Assembly: GCF_000018105.1 (NCBI RefSeq)
Contig: NC_009931.1
Span: 122,962 to 154,961 of the forward strand
Direction: 5' to 3'
Source of the DNA: Acaryochloris marina MBIC11017
Lineage (GTDB): Bacteria; Cyanobacteriota; Cyanobacteriia; Thermosynechococcales; Thermosynechococcaceae
DNA: 32,000 nt
The translations under genes and the position numbers were made by a program. Shown here one piece after another: positions 9,635-18,468 of the stretch. The notes beneath the pieces are model-generated. The model was not told where the DNA came from. It was given only the letters and a program-made list of their open reading frames with translations, and ran no database searches. Within the stretch, counting starts at the first letter, position 1. The number at the start of each line of letters is the position of its first letter.

Positions 9635-11287
9635 ATGCCCATCCATCAAGCTGCCCAAAATCAGACCCATGAAGTCCAAGAAGCGAATGCACGGGCCGTT
9701 GAAGGGTCCGCCCGCATGATTGCTGAAGCGATGCGGATGAGTTTTCGACTGATGCGGATGGCTCAGCGCAATGCTCAACAACTTTCTCAGCAATATGGTT
9801 CTGGGGCGAGTGACAGCGATACCCCGGACCCTGATACTCCTGACTTAGATGAGGATATCGAACTCAATCCACGGGAGGAGAACGAACTGAGTCAAGAAGC
9901 TGATATCCAGCTCAACCCAGAACAAGACATCACCATCAAAGTGGGTAAGACCACCGTCTATCCCATCCCAGAAGATACCCAACTAGAACAAGCGGATGTA
10001 GACAATCTGATCGCGGCCCTGGAGAACCCAGAGCAGTTGCAGGAAGAGGTTACTGTATTTGCGACCCAGACCTTACCGGATGGGAGTAAGTCGAATGAAA
10101 ACGTCTTCCATGCAGTACCAGGGGAGGTGAAATATGACCCCCATAAACTGGTGGAAGCCTTTGCCCAGCAGAAGGTTGAACAGCAGGATGAAACCCTTAG
10201 TCAAGACCAGGAACCCGCTCAGATTGTGATTGAAGGGGAGACCCGGCCAATGAGCTGGGATACGCCCGTGGTGAATCAAGCAGCGGCTCCTATTATTGAG
10301 AACATCAAGAATAAGGTGACTCAAGGGGCTGAGGCGATTAAAGATAGAGCGGCTAATGCCCTTGAGCGCCAGAATTTACTCAATATGGCGTTTAAGGGAG
10401 GTACCGTCGCGAGAGCTGCCTATGACCAGGCGGCTCAAATACCTGGACGAGCAGAAAAGTTAAAGGAGGTGGTTGCTCAGGTTAAAGAGAAGACAGGACA
10501 AGCCATTGCGGAAGTGCGGGAGAAGGCTAAAGACCTAGATCCAAAGCAACTCATTCAGGGTAAAGACCCCGTGCAAGGTCCAGAGCTGCCCAGCTTGGAT
10601 GACCGGATTTCCACTCTTCAATCTCAAGTGGGGGATCTCCAATGGCAAATGAATGATTTGCAAGACCAGTTAAAGTCTGTGGATGCCAAGCTGGATGTGA
10701 TTGTCAACCGCACCAATCCACCTGAGCAAAGCAACAATGTCGATAAATGGCACAACAATTTAGGCGGAATGGTCAAGGAGAAGCTACAGCAAATCAAGGA
10801 AAAAATCACTACGGCCATTCAGTCCATCAAAGACAAAATTAGTGAGGTGATCAACAACTTCAAGGCGACGGCTTTTGATAAAGTCGAGCAGGCAAAAGAG
10901 AAAGTCACTGAGGTCAAGGACAATGTGACCAGTCGGGTTGATAATACGGTGCAATCCGTGCGTCAGGGGATTGCAGATATCCAAGCTGGTATGACCAATG
11001 CCGCCGTTGCTAAGCTCGTCCAGCAGTACGGCCAAGAACAACCCGATGGCAGCCGCGTTTATAACGGGGATCGGTTCTCCTATCAAACTCAGGGAGATAG
11101 CGTCACTATCTCTGCAAAAGGTCGGGGTAATGTTTTCCAGAATGGTCAGCTCACGGATAAGGCCAATGTTCAGGATGCCCAGGCAATCCAGGCATTACCC
11201 GCGAAGGTGGAGCAGGAATTTGCTCACCAGCAATCTGAGAAGGCTACAGCGAGTCAAGCAGTGGGGGCGGGTGGCCGTCGTCGCTAA
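9635..11287 (+). CDS. Acidic, helical-repeat protein, unknown function
   Basis: 550-aa ORF with AGAGGA 9 nt upstream of the ATG. It has an Asp/Glu-rich N-terminal third, then long amphipathic Lys/Glu/Gln helices (KEKLQQIKEKITTAIQSIKDKISEVINNFKATAFDKVEQAKEKVTEVKDNV). Confidence 0.6.
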   Translation: MPIHQAAQNQTHEVQEANARAVEGSARMIAEAMRMSFRLMRMAQRNAQQLSQQYGSGASDSDTPDPDTPDLDEDIELNPREENELSQEADIQLNPEQDITIKVGKTTVYPIPEDTQLEQADVDNLIAALENPEQLQEEVTVFATQTLPDGSKSNENVFHAVPGEVKYDPHKLVEAFAQQKVEQQDETLSQDQEPAQIVIEGETRPMSWDTPVVNQAAAPIIENIKNKVTQGAEAIKDRAANALERQNLLNMAFKGGTVARAAYDQAAQIPGRAEKLKEVVAQVKEKTGQAIAEVREKAKDLDPKQLIQGKDPVQGPELPSLDDRISTLQSQVGDLQWQMNDLQDQLKSVDAKLDVIVNRTNPPEQSNNVDKWHNNLGGMVKEKLQQIKEKITTAIQSIKDKISEVINNFKATAFDKVEQAKEKVTEVKDNVTSRVDNTVQSVRQGIADIQAGMTNAAVAKLVQQYGQEQPDGSRVYNGDRFSYQTQGDSVTISAKGRGNVFQNGQLTDKANVQDAQAIQALPAKVEQEFAHQQSEKATASQAVGAGGRRR

Positions 11288-11463
11288 TCCAGAACCTGGA
11301 TCTTTAATGTTGTGATGGTTTGCGTGGCTGGTCAGGGTTCATTCCCGCCGACCAGCTGCGCGATGAATCTCTGAAATCAAACCTTCAAACTTAGGCCGAG
11401 GGTTAGCGGGGAGACTGCTGACCTGGCTTTTTATACCCATCCTCACGTCAAAGGAGCTGAAAA

Positions 11464-12136
11464 ATGCAAACTGCGATCTTAAGAGTTGGAGACGCAAGCC
11501 TCCTGGTGACCCCGGATGGTAAGCCGCTTCCCCACAAGGATGCAGAGCAGCCAACCTTCCACATCATGCCTAAGCTGTTTAACACAGGTGCTGGGATTGG
11601 GCTGGAGAACATCACTCTGTATGGTGCCCATGTTCTAGCCTTTGGCAAGAGTGGAGACGATGAAAAGGATTACATCAATGTCTTGCCCAAAGATGTCAGA
11701 CTCACCAATCCTTGTCCGAATATCAGATATGTCATTGCAGGTACGGCTGATCGGAAGATGGGTTGGGACATTCCTTTAGACCCCAGCAAGCCCCCTCAGC
11801 AACTTCGGTTGTGGTGGCTCTTAGAAACACAAACGGATAGCACCATCATCGAGCACTATATCGACCTTGAATTTGAGCTAACCCAAAGGGGGAATGTTTT
11901 CTCAATGGCATCCCTCAATTTTGCTGTTGGAGAGGGGCCAAGGGCAGTTAGCTTTGTCGATCCTGAACAGGCTTGTGAATTTTTTACCAGGAATGATCCT
12001 GCCTATCAAATTGGATATAAGGGCGCGGATCTCATCATTCGCCAATCCAACAAGATCCAGTCCTGTGCTTGGTCTGATCTGGGGTTGGAAGAGTTTGAGG
12101 AAATGGTTCATCTGAGAGATATGACCCCAGTTGATA
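11464..12136 (+). pseudogene. 5' part of a 405-codon gene of unknown function, interrupted by an IS630-family insertion at TA 12135-12136
   Basis: AAAGGAG lies 8 nt upstream of the ATG at 11464. The listed ORF 11464..12360 continues past 12136 only by reading antisense through the IS. Joining 12136 to 15895 restores one open frame (673+545 nt = 406 codons including stop). Confidence 0.75.
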
Positions 12137-12141
12137 AGCAC

Positions 12142-12745
12142 TTAGCTAAAATTAATTACATAATCATCGCCGTAGGTTTTCAAAACTCTTTCCACATATT
12201 CGACCAAAGATGCCCACCCCCAGTAGGCACTCATTTCAATCCACTGATATTTCATGAATTGCCACAGACGCTCAATCAAATTGAGATGGGGAGAATAGCT
12301 TGGCAACTCAAACAAGGTAATTCCCCGTTCGGCCCACTCTGCCTTCATCTCATAGATTGATTGGCTCGTATGGATAGGGGCTTGATCCACCACAATGACG
12401 GTGGGCAACTCCACGTCAGCAAAAAAGGTATCAATGCAATGACTGACAACCTCACTGGTGATGGTCTGTTCTGATGTATAAGCATGTAGCCCTTGTCGTC
12501 GACTCAAAAACCCCAGAACATTCAAGCGTTTACTTGAACGAGTCGGTATTTCCAGATAAGTCCCTATGGGTTGCCATCCATAGGGAATACAGGGGACTAA
12601 CGAAAAACCACTCTCATCCATAAAGAATAGATGGATGTCTCCCTTCTCTTCCTGTTCCTTGAGATGTTCTAACTGCTGTTTTTTTCGAGGTAGTGGGCAT
12701 ATAAAGGCTGGCCTGATGTCCCTTGGCGAAAGCGATGCCAGCTTA
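12142..12745 (-). pseudogene. IS630-family transposase, 3' portion (end of orfA, A7 slippery site, DDE domain)
   Basis: The DDE-domain ORF 12142..12621 (FFMDESGFSL..., VVDQAPIHTS, YSPHLNLIERLW) extends upstream in the same frame to KKQQLEHLKEQEEKGDIHLFF. A second frame encodes ISWHRFRQGTSGQPLYAHYLEKNSS* and joins the N-terminal fragment once the IS21 is removed. Confidence 0.8.
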
Positions 12746-12940
12746 TATTAGACGACAATCGAGCTGACGGATTAATGACGATGTCACGTCGGCTATAGCT
12801 ATGAAGAAACCAGGCATCCCCTGAGAAGGATAAAACTAGATCTCAATTCCCTAGAAATGATGTGTGAGATCGCGTTTCTAGAATTCAATCTCAAGAAAAA
12901 AGACACTTTTTACATCCCTAATCAATAGAGGGCTGTACAA

Positions 12941-14677
12941 GTGCCTAACAAAAGAATTGATTCCTATCATACTCGTGTTTATATGAACGGAAGAGACCTC
13001 GGCTTAAAACAAGCTGATGCAGCTTACATTGCCGAAATATCTACAAGAACCGGACAACGAATTGAGGCCGGCACCCATCAACCTAATCGCGGCCGCCTTC
13101 AGGACCAACGCACCGTTCCCGACCCCTTAGCTGATGTGTGGGAAGACGAGCTAGAACCAATGCTGCGTCGAGACCCACGCCTCAAACCCATGACCCTGTA
13201 TGAGTACCTGCAGGATAAGTATCCAGGCCAGTATCCCCAAGTCCTGCGGACCCTACAACGTCGGGTGAGAACGTGGAAAGCCTTACATGGACCAAGCCCT
13301 GAAGTGATGTTTGAATTGCGTCATGAACCAGGGGTACAAGGGTTCTCCGATTTTACAGAACTCAAAGGCATCACGATTACCATTGCCGGCAAACCCTTTG
13401 AGCACCTGATTTACCATTACCGTCTGGGATACAGCGGCTGGCGATATGCCCAGATCATCGAAGGAGGCGAAAGCTTTGTCGCCCTCTCAGAAGGATTGCA
13501 AAATGCCTTTGCAGCCTGTGGAGGTGTTCCTACACAGCATCGTACTGATAGTTTGAGTGCAGCCTATCGCAACATGGGCGGCCGCCGGTCCAAAAACCTC
13601 ACTCGTCTGTACGACGAACTGTGTGACCACTATCGGCTAGAACCCACTCGTAACAACAAAGGTGTAGCCCATGAGAATGGCTCCATTGAATCTCCCCATG
13701 GTCATCTGAAGAACCGAATTAAGCAGGCGATCTATCTGCGCGGCAGTGCAGATTTTACGAGCGTTGCTGAGTATCAAGCCTTAATTGATGCACAGGTTGC
13801 CAAGTTGAATCAGCAGTGCCAAACCAAGTATGAGCAAGAGAAAGACCATCTACAACCACTGCCCAAATATCGAACCCCTGACTATGAAGTGCTCACGGCT
13901 AAAGTCAGCAAACGCAGCACCATCGATGTTCGCTGCATTCTATACACCGTCCCTTCTCGACTGATTGGTCGTCAATTGGAACTGCATCTATACCATGACC
14001 GGATTGTCGGCTATCTGGAGCGACACCCGGTGGTGGAATTGCCGAGGAAGCGCGTCAGTGGCAAAGGCAAACGTCGCGACCGTTGCATCAACTATCGCCA
14101 TGTTATTGGTTCAATGCGATTGAAGCCTCGTGCTTTTATCTATTGCACCTGGCAATCAGACCTACTTCCCAATCCTGAATACCGCCAAATCTGGGAACAG
14201 CTCAAAGCCCAATTTGACCTGGAGCAGGCTGCCAAGATCATCGTGGAAGCCCTGTATATTGCTGCGGTTCAAGATAAAGAACAGGCCGTAGCAGTGTACT
14301 TACAGCAGCAGCTTCGCTCATCCAGCCTTACCCTCAATCGCCTGAAAAAACAGTTTGAGCCGCCTCAGATGAAGCAGGTTCCTGAACTCAGCATTGAACA
14401 ACATTCACTTGAACTTTATGACAAACTCCTCCCCTCCTGCTCAGTCCCCGCTGAGCCCCTACCAGCACCTGAGCCTCTATTTAAAAAAGCTCAGGCTCTC
14501 CCACATGTTGACCCATTGGGAATCTATCGAATCCCAAGCCATGCAGGAAAACTGGTCTTATGCGGAATTCTTACTAGCCTTGTGCGAAACGGAGGCCCAA
14601 CGAAGAGAACAAGCTCGTCTAAAACGTGCCCTCACCGAAGCCAGGCTCCCAAACGCAAAAAGTTTTACCAACTTTGA
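12941..14677 (+). CDS. istA: IS21-family transposase IstA
   Basis: 578-aa ORF with a GTG start and an N-terminal HTH region. The integrase-type core has HRTDSLSAAY ... PTRNNKGVAHENGSIESPHGHLKN. A C-terminal ...HSLELYDKLL lies just before the istB start. The last ~260 nt overlap istB in another frame, so the true end is uncertain. Confidence 0.85.
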   Translation: MPNKRIDSYHTRVYMNGRDLGLKQADAAYIAEISTRTGQRIEAGTHQPNRGRLQDQRTVPDPLADVWEDELEPMLRRDPRLKPMTLYEYLQDKYPGQYPQVLRTLQRRVRTWKALHGPSPEVMFELRHEPGVQGFSDFTELKGITITIAGKPFEHLIYHYRLGYSGWRYAQIIEGGESFVALSEGLQNAFAACGGVPTQHRTDSLSAAYRNMGGRRSKNLTRLYDELCDHYRLEPTRNNKGVAHENGSIESPHGHLKNRIKQAIYLRGSADFTSVAEYQALIDAQVAKLNQQCQTKYEQEKDHLQPLPKYRTPDYEVLTAKVSKRSTIDVRCILYTVPSRLIGRQLELHLYHDRIVGYLERHPVVELPRKRVSGKGKRRDRCINYRHVIGSMRLKPRAFIYCTWQSDLLPNPEYRQIWEQLKAQFDLEQAAKIIVEALYIAAVQDKEQAVAVYLQQQLRSSSLTLNRLKKQFEPPQMKQVPELSIEQHSLELYDKLLPSCSVPAEPLPAPEPLFKKAQALPHVDPLGIYRIPSHAGKLVLCGILTSLVRNGGPTKRTSSSKTCPHRSQAPKRKKFYQL

Positions 14678-15236
14678 CTTTAGCCATTGTCCCCAGCTCA
14701 ATCCAGCTCCCTTGATGCAATTAGCCGCAGATCCGGGTTGGTTGGAGCGCGCCGAGAATTGCCTTATTCTGGGGCCCTCGGGTGTTGGAAAAACACATCT
14801 GGCCACTGGGGTGTCCAAAAAGATGCTGGAATTCGGTAAGCGGGTGAAGTTCTTTGCAGCCAACGCATTGGTCCAGCAACTGCAACAGGCGAAGCTCCAA
14901 CTGCAGCTGCATCCAATGCTCAAAAAACTGGACCGCTATGATCTGTTGATCTTGGATGACTTGGGCTATTGCAAAAAGTCGGAAGCGGAAACGTCCGTTC
15001 TGTTTGAATTAATTGCGCATCGCTATGAACGAAAAAGTTTGTTGATTACAGCGAATCAACCCTTCAGCCAATGGGATGACATTTTCACTGATTCGATGAT
15101 GGCGGTGGCTGCCATTGATCGCTTAATTCATCATGGCTTGATTATCGAAATTCAAGCCGATAGTTATCGGCGCAAATCAGCGACTCAGAGAACGGCTCAA
15201 ACTCAGTCTCAACCTCAAAAATCCCAGTCCAAATAA
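14394..15236 (+). CDS. istB: IS21-family helper ATPase IstB
   Basis: Walker A GPSGVGKTHLA, Walker B LLILDDLGY, and an ERKSLLITANQPFSQW block typical of IstB/DnaC-like AAA+ proteins. The real start may be the ATG at 14418 rather than the TTG at 14394. Confidence 0.9.
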   Translation: MNNIHLNFMTNSSPPAQSPLSPYQHLSLYLKKLRLSHMLTHWESIESQAMQENWSYAEFLLALCETEAQRREQARLKRALTEARLPNAKSFTNFDFSHCPQLNPAPLMQLAADPGWLERAENCLILGPSGVGKTHLATGVSKKMLEFGKRVKFFAANALVQQLQQAKLQLQLHPMLKKLDRYDLLILDDLGYCKKSEAETSVLFELIAHRYERKSLLITANQPFSQWDDIFTDSMMAVAAIDRLIHHGLIIEIQADSYRRKSATQRTAQTQSQPQKSQSK

Positions 15237-15415
15237 TCGAGCGATCACTGGTTGTCATTTCGATCACGGGTTGTCGTTTTGTTCTGAAGGTATCGTATGA
15301 GGTCTGAAAAAGAGCTAACGCAAAGGGAGTGTACGCCAAATAATACGGTTCAAATTTGGGGGTTGATCCGCCTTGTGGTTGTCGCGACATCGCCTATGGG
15401 GTTGACATCCAATAA

Positions 15416-15817
15416 GCTTATGTCCATTTGCTTCAAAACGCGTTTAACTGTGGCCTTTGACACGCGTACTGACCACTGTTGTTCAATCTGAGCTAACACC
15501 TGGTTGAGTTGGATGGGAGATGCCTGAGTCCACTCATAAATCTGCTGTTGTTGGTCGCGATTAAACATCGGTTTTCGACCTCGACCTGGGTGATTATAGA
15601 GTCCTGCAAATCCTCGGTTGTTCCAAGCCTTAAGCCAGTTGTAAACCGTTTTAGGACTCACACTAAAAAGGGAGGCTAAGGTATAGGGGGTCCAACCCTG
15701 AGCGAACAAAATGAGGCAATGGGCGCGTTGTCTGACCTGATGATGGCGACTACTGTGATAAATCCGATGCAATAAGCGTAAGCTTTCGGTGGAGATAGGA
15801 CGGACTAATGACATCAA
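15416..15817 (-). pseudogene. IS630-family transposase, 5' portion (HTH / winged-helix DNA-binding domains)
   Basis: MMSLVRPISTESLRLLHRIYHSS..., PKTVYNWLKAWNNRGFAGLYNHPGRGRKP, VSKATVKRVLKQMDIS. After ...MDIS the frame runs into the IS21 end and terminates. The likely start is the ATG at 15814. Confidence 0.8.
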
Positions 15818-15894
15818 ATCAATGGTTGTAAACAGATGACTCAGGTAGTTTACATCCAGGGAATTCTATGTAATTAATTTTTTTCATCTGCTTA

Positions 15895-16439
15895 CCTTCC
15901 ACACCCATTTAGAAGAATTCGCTTCAGATGCCTGTATCGAAATGCCTCCCCACATCCTAAAACAGGCGATCCAGGATGCCATATGGACGGATGACATGCA
16001 GGAGAGCATCTGGAACAAAAGCAGTGGATATGAGCAATCTCCAGCATTGCAACGACTTTGCCGATGGTGGAATGAGAATGCACCCAACCCCGAATATCGG
16101 AGGGCGGCGAATATCGTGTTGTGGGTGAGGGTCGAGGATGATAGCGAGTATTGGGCTGGCTGGTATGAATGCCCAAATATCGATATAGGGGTTCTAACAA
16201 GTGAAATGAGTGCCAATGTTGGTCAGCATGTCATTGTCCAATTCCTGCAGGGTCGAGATGCCTATACACCTATTGGAGGCTATGGCTGCATGATCTGGGG
16301 TGTTGATGGTTGTGAGTATATTGATGTCGGTGCAACCGTTGATGAAGTAGATGAAGCGTATTACGGCCATCATATGTTGAAAGATTTCCCGGATCGCTTC
16401 CCCGTAGCCTGGAAATGCCTTCATGATTTGGCCCAGTAG
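15895..16439 (+). pseudogene. 3' part of the IS-interrupted 405-codon gene (see 11464-12136)
   Basis: The frame is open from 15895 (TFHTHLEEFASDACIEMPPH...) into the listed ORF 15942..16439, and is in phase with 11464-12136 once the IS and one TA are removed. Confidence 0.75.
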
Positions 16440-16479
16440 TTTTGTGTTGAGTTTCTATTAGGTTTAATCTCAATATTTA

Positions 16480-18468
16480 CTATCTAAGTCGTAGTTGCTG
16501 GTGCGATTCTAGCTCCATGCTGGCGAAGTGCTCAAGGAGCATTCGGTGGACAAATATGTAGCCACCGCCAACTTTTTGAAGGAAGAGGCGATCAGCAGCG
16601 TAATCCAGGAAGCGGGCGTAGTTCCAGGGGATATGTCCCATGCGGTAAAGCATTAAGCGGAGTGTGAAGTGTCTTAGGCAAGTAGTGCCACCACCAATCA
16701 GCCCAAAAAACAGCCCAGCACTTACCCCAAAAAACACCCCAGAAAGCAGCGACTTCTCAATTACCCCAAGAATTACCCCAAGAATTACCCCAAAATTGGC
16801 CCCAAAATTCAAAGCATTAATGGCTGACTTCCAAATCCCCTGGTTCGGTTGAAATGTATTCAACATGTCTGGGCCTCTGAGTCCACCAATAACAACACTA
16901 AGCAGCCCAAGAATCAGCCCATATCTCAGCCCAAGAATCAGCCCTTCAATCAGCGCATTAATCAGCCCCCAATACATTTCAAAACTCAGCGCAACAAGCA
17001 GCCCCAAAATTGGCCCCAAAATTAGCCCCAAAATTAGCCTTTTACGAAAAATACTTTTTGCTTCTCTCCAAGACCATTTCAAGGTTTCTACGGTTTTGAT
17101 GTTTCCTGAAAATCCAACGATCAGCCCAATAATCAGCCCATAACTCAGCCCAATTTTCAGCCCCTGAAACAGCTGATACCTCAGCTCAGAAAACAGTTCA
17201 AACGTCGATGCAAACTTCAGCTCTAAAAGCAGCCCAAAAATCAGCCAAGAACTCAGCGTAGTAAGCAGCCCAAAAATCAGCCCAAAAAACAGCCCAAAAA
17301 ACAGCCAACTTATTAGTCCACTTTCTAGACGATAGCGAAGTTTTTGAAACTTAGTCTGAAAGAAACTTGGCTGTATTCTCTCTATCAAAAACACAGTTTG
17401 AGATGTTCGAGACATTTCTTGAGCTAACCAGATCAGCCAAAGTGTTGCTTGTTCTTGGAGGTAGTTTCGAGTAGTTCCCTTACGTTGGAACATACGTTTA
17501 ATATAGGTATCAAACAATCGTTGGCGAAAGATTTCTGATGTAACTGACCTTGGAAGGTTATCCCAGTCAGAACCCTGATAGGCCAGGCTCATAATGCTCA
17601 ATATCAAAGGTGAGGAAGCAAAGGATTTAATTTCAGAGTTCTGGTTGACTATTGCTCGCAACGCTATTAATGATTCCCCAGCTTGCTCAAGGTACTCATC
17701 GATTTGCTGAGGGGTTAACGGTTTAACGTAGATGGCACTTCGCAAAGTTACCTTATCAGAAAGGGCTTCGTAGTCATGAATACGGCTACATACAACCATC
17801 TCGGTACGACCATGAGCTTGAAGGAATTGATTTAAAGCATGTACACAGTCATTCCGATGCTTGGCCTCAACTTCATCCAGGCCATCCAGTAATAGGATTA
17901 ATTGTTCTTTTACGATCCAAGACTTCCCCAATGACTTAGAAACAGTATATTTATCAAAAAGTTCCTCTACTAACCACTCCTCAATGGATTTTCGTTGTCT
18001 AGACCAAGACGAGAGATTGAGCACCACTGGCAAAGGCTGATTTAGATCCGCTTCTGTTCGAGAAATTAGACTTTCCGCTAATTTCAGTAGGGATATTGTC
18101 TTGCCCGCACCTGGCTCTCCCAGAATCAGTAGTGTCCGTCCAGCACCGATATCCTCAAATATATGTGTGGCTGATGTGCCTTCTGGAAAAGCTTGCTTAG
18201 ATTCAGGAGGGAATTCCTCGACACCTTCTAGTGGAGTATAAACATAGTTGTTTCTCTCTTCCAACCCTAATTCAATCAACACTTGGCTATGCAGCGACTT
18301 CGCTAAGACTCCATCAATCCAGAATTGTTGAACTTTACTGAGTAGAACCTTGCGCCATCTATGCTCATCCCGGCTTAAAGGTTTTGCTGTGTCCAAAGGA
18401 GCTTGAGGAACCTTAACAGTACTAAATACATTGACAACCTCAGCATTTTGAATCTGAGTTACCTCCAA
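16480..18468 (-). CDS. NACHT-family STAND NTPase with a C-terminal polytopic glycine-zipper membrane domain
   Basis: Walker A GEPGAGKT (18097-18120), Walker B LILLLDGLDEV, then CSRIHDY. Roughly residues 380-590 (approx 16690-17340) form repeated GLxxGL hydrophobic segments. The tail is FLDYAADRLFLQKVGGGYIFVHRMLLEHFAS. The listed start is a TTG; the frame stays open upstream to an ATG at 18564 except for one TAA at 18544-18546. Confidence 0.85.
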   Translation of the reverse strand: MEVTQIQNAEVVNVFSTVKVPQAPLDTAKPLSRDEHRWRKVLLSKVQQFWIDGVLAKSLHSQVLIELGLEERNNYVYTPLEGVEEFPPESKQAFPEGTSATHIFEDIGAGRTLLILGEPGAGKTISLLKLAESLISRTEADLNQPLPVVLNLSSWSRQRKSIEEWLVEELFDKYTVSKSLGKSWIVKEQLILLLDGLDEVEAKHRNDCVHALNQFLQAHGRTEMVVCSRIHDYEALSDKVTLRSAIYVKPLTPQQIDEYLEQAGESLIALRAIVNQNSEIKSFASSPLILSIMSLAYQGSDWDNLPRSVTSEIFRQRLFDTYIKRMFQRKGTTRNYLQEQATLWLIWLAQEMSRTSQTVFLIERIQPSFFQTKFQKLRYRLESGLISWLFFGLFFGLIFGLLTTLSSWLIFGLLLELKFASTFELFSELRYQLFQGLKIGLSYGLIIGLIVGFSGNIKTVETLKWSWREAKSIFRKRLILGLILGPILGLLVALSFEMYWGLINALIEGLILGLRYGLILGLLSVVIGGLRGPDMLNTFQPNQGIWKSAINALNFGANFGVILGVILGVIEKSLLSGVFFGVSAGLFFGLIGGGTTCLRHFTLRLMLYRMGHIPWNYARFLDYAADRLFLQKVGGGYIFVHRMLLEHFASMELESHQQLRLR

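Larger units (their letters stand above)
12746..15414 (+). mobile_element. IS21-family insertion sequence (about 2.67 kb) inserted inside the IS630 transposase gene
   Basis: Direct repeat AGCTTA at 12740-12745 and 15415-15420 (possibly 7 bp, AGCTTAT). Terminal inverted repeats are TATTAGACGACAATC (12746-12760) versus the reverse complement TATTGGATGTCAACC (15400-15414), 11/15 matching. Subterminal direct repeats GATCAC(T/G)GGTTGTC lie at approx 15245-15282. It carries an istA/istB gene pair. Confidence 0.85.
12137..15892 (-). mobile_element. IS630-family insertion sequence (about 1.08 kb of its own DNA), itself disrupted by an IS21-family element
   Basis: It is flanked by TA at 12135-12136 and 15893-15894, the TA target duplication typical of IS630/Tc1. 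Imperfect terminal inverted repeats are AGCACTTAGCTAAAATTAATTACATA (12137-) versus the reverse complement AGCAGATGAAAAAAATTAATTACATA (-15892). It encodes HTH and DDE halves of an IS630-type transposase. Confidence 0.8.

Noticed and set aside
11326-11357. Hairpin GCTGGTC-N16-GACCAGC after the 550-aa gene, considered as a terminator
   Set aside because: It has a 7-bp stem with a large 16-nt loop and no following T-run, so the evidence is insufficient.
12137-12360. 3' extension of the listed ORF 11464..12360
   Set aside because: Beyond the TA at 12135-12136 the frame reads antisense through the IS630 transposase C-terminus. The true gene continues at 15895.
14558-14923. 121-aa and 63-aa minus-strand ORFs inside istB
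   Set aside because: They are antisense to a confidently identified IstB ATPase, and their composition is Cys/Ser/Ala-rich and non-native.
15884-16216. Minus-strand ORFs 15884..16216 and 15892..16200
   Set aside because: They are antisense to the restored 405-codon gene. Their composition is Ser/His/Cys-rich and non-native, and they begin inside the IS end or target junction.
16664-17143. Plus-strand ORFs 16664..16852 and 16865..17143 (ISPKISPK-type translations)
   Set aside because: They are antisense products of the 12-nt periodic repeats within the NACHT gene, and are pure low complexity.
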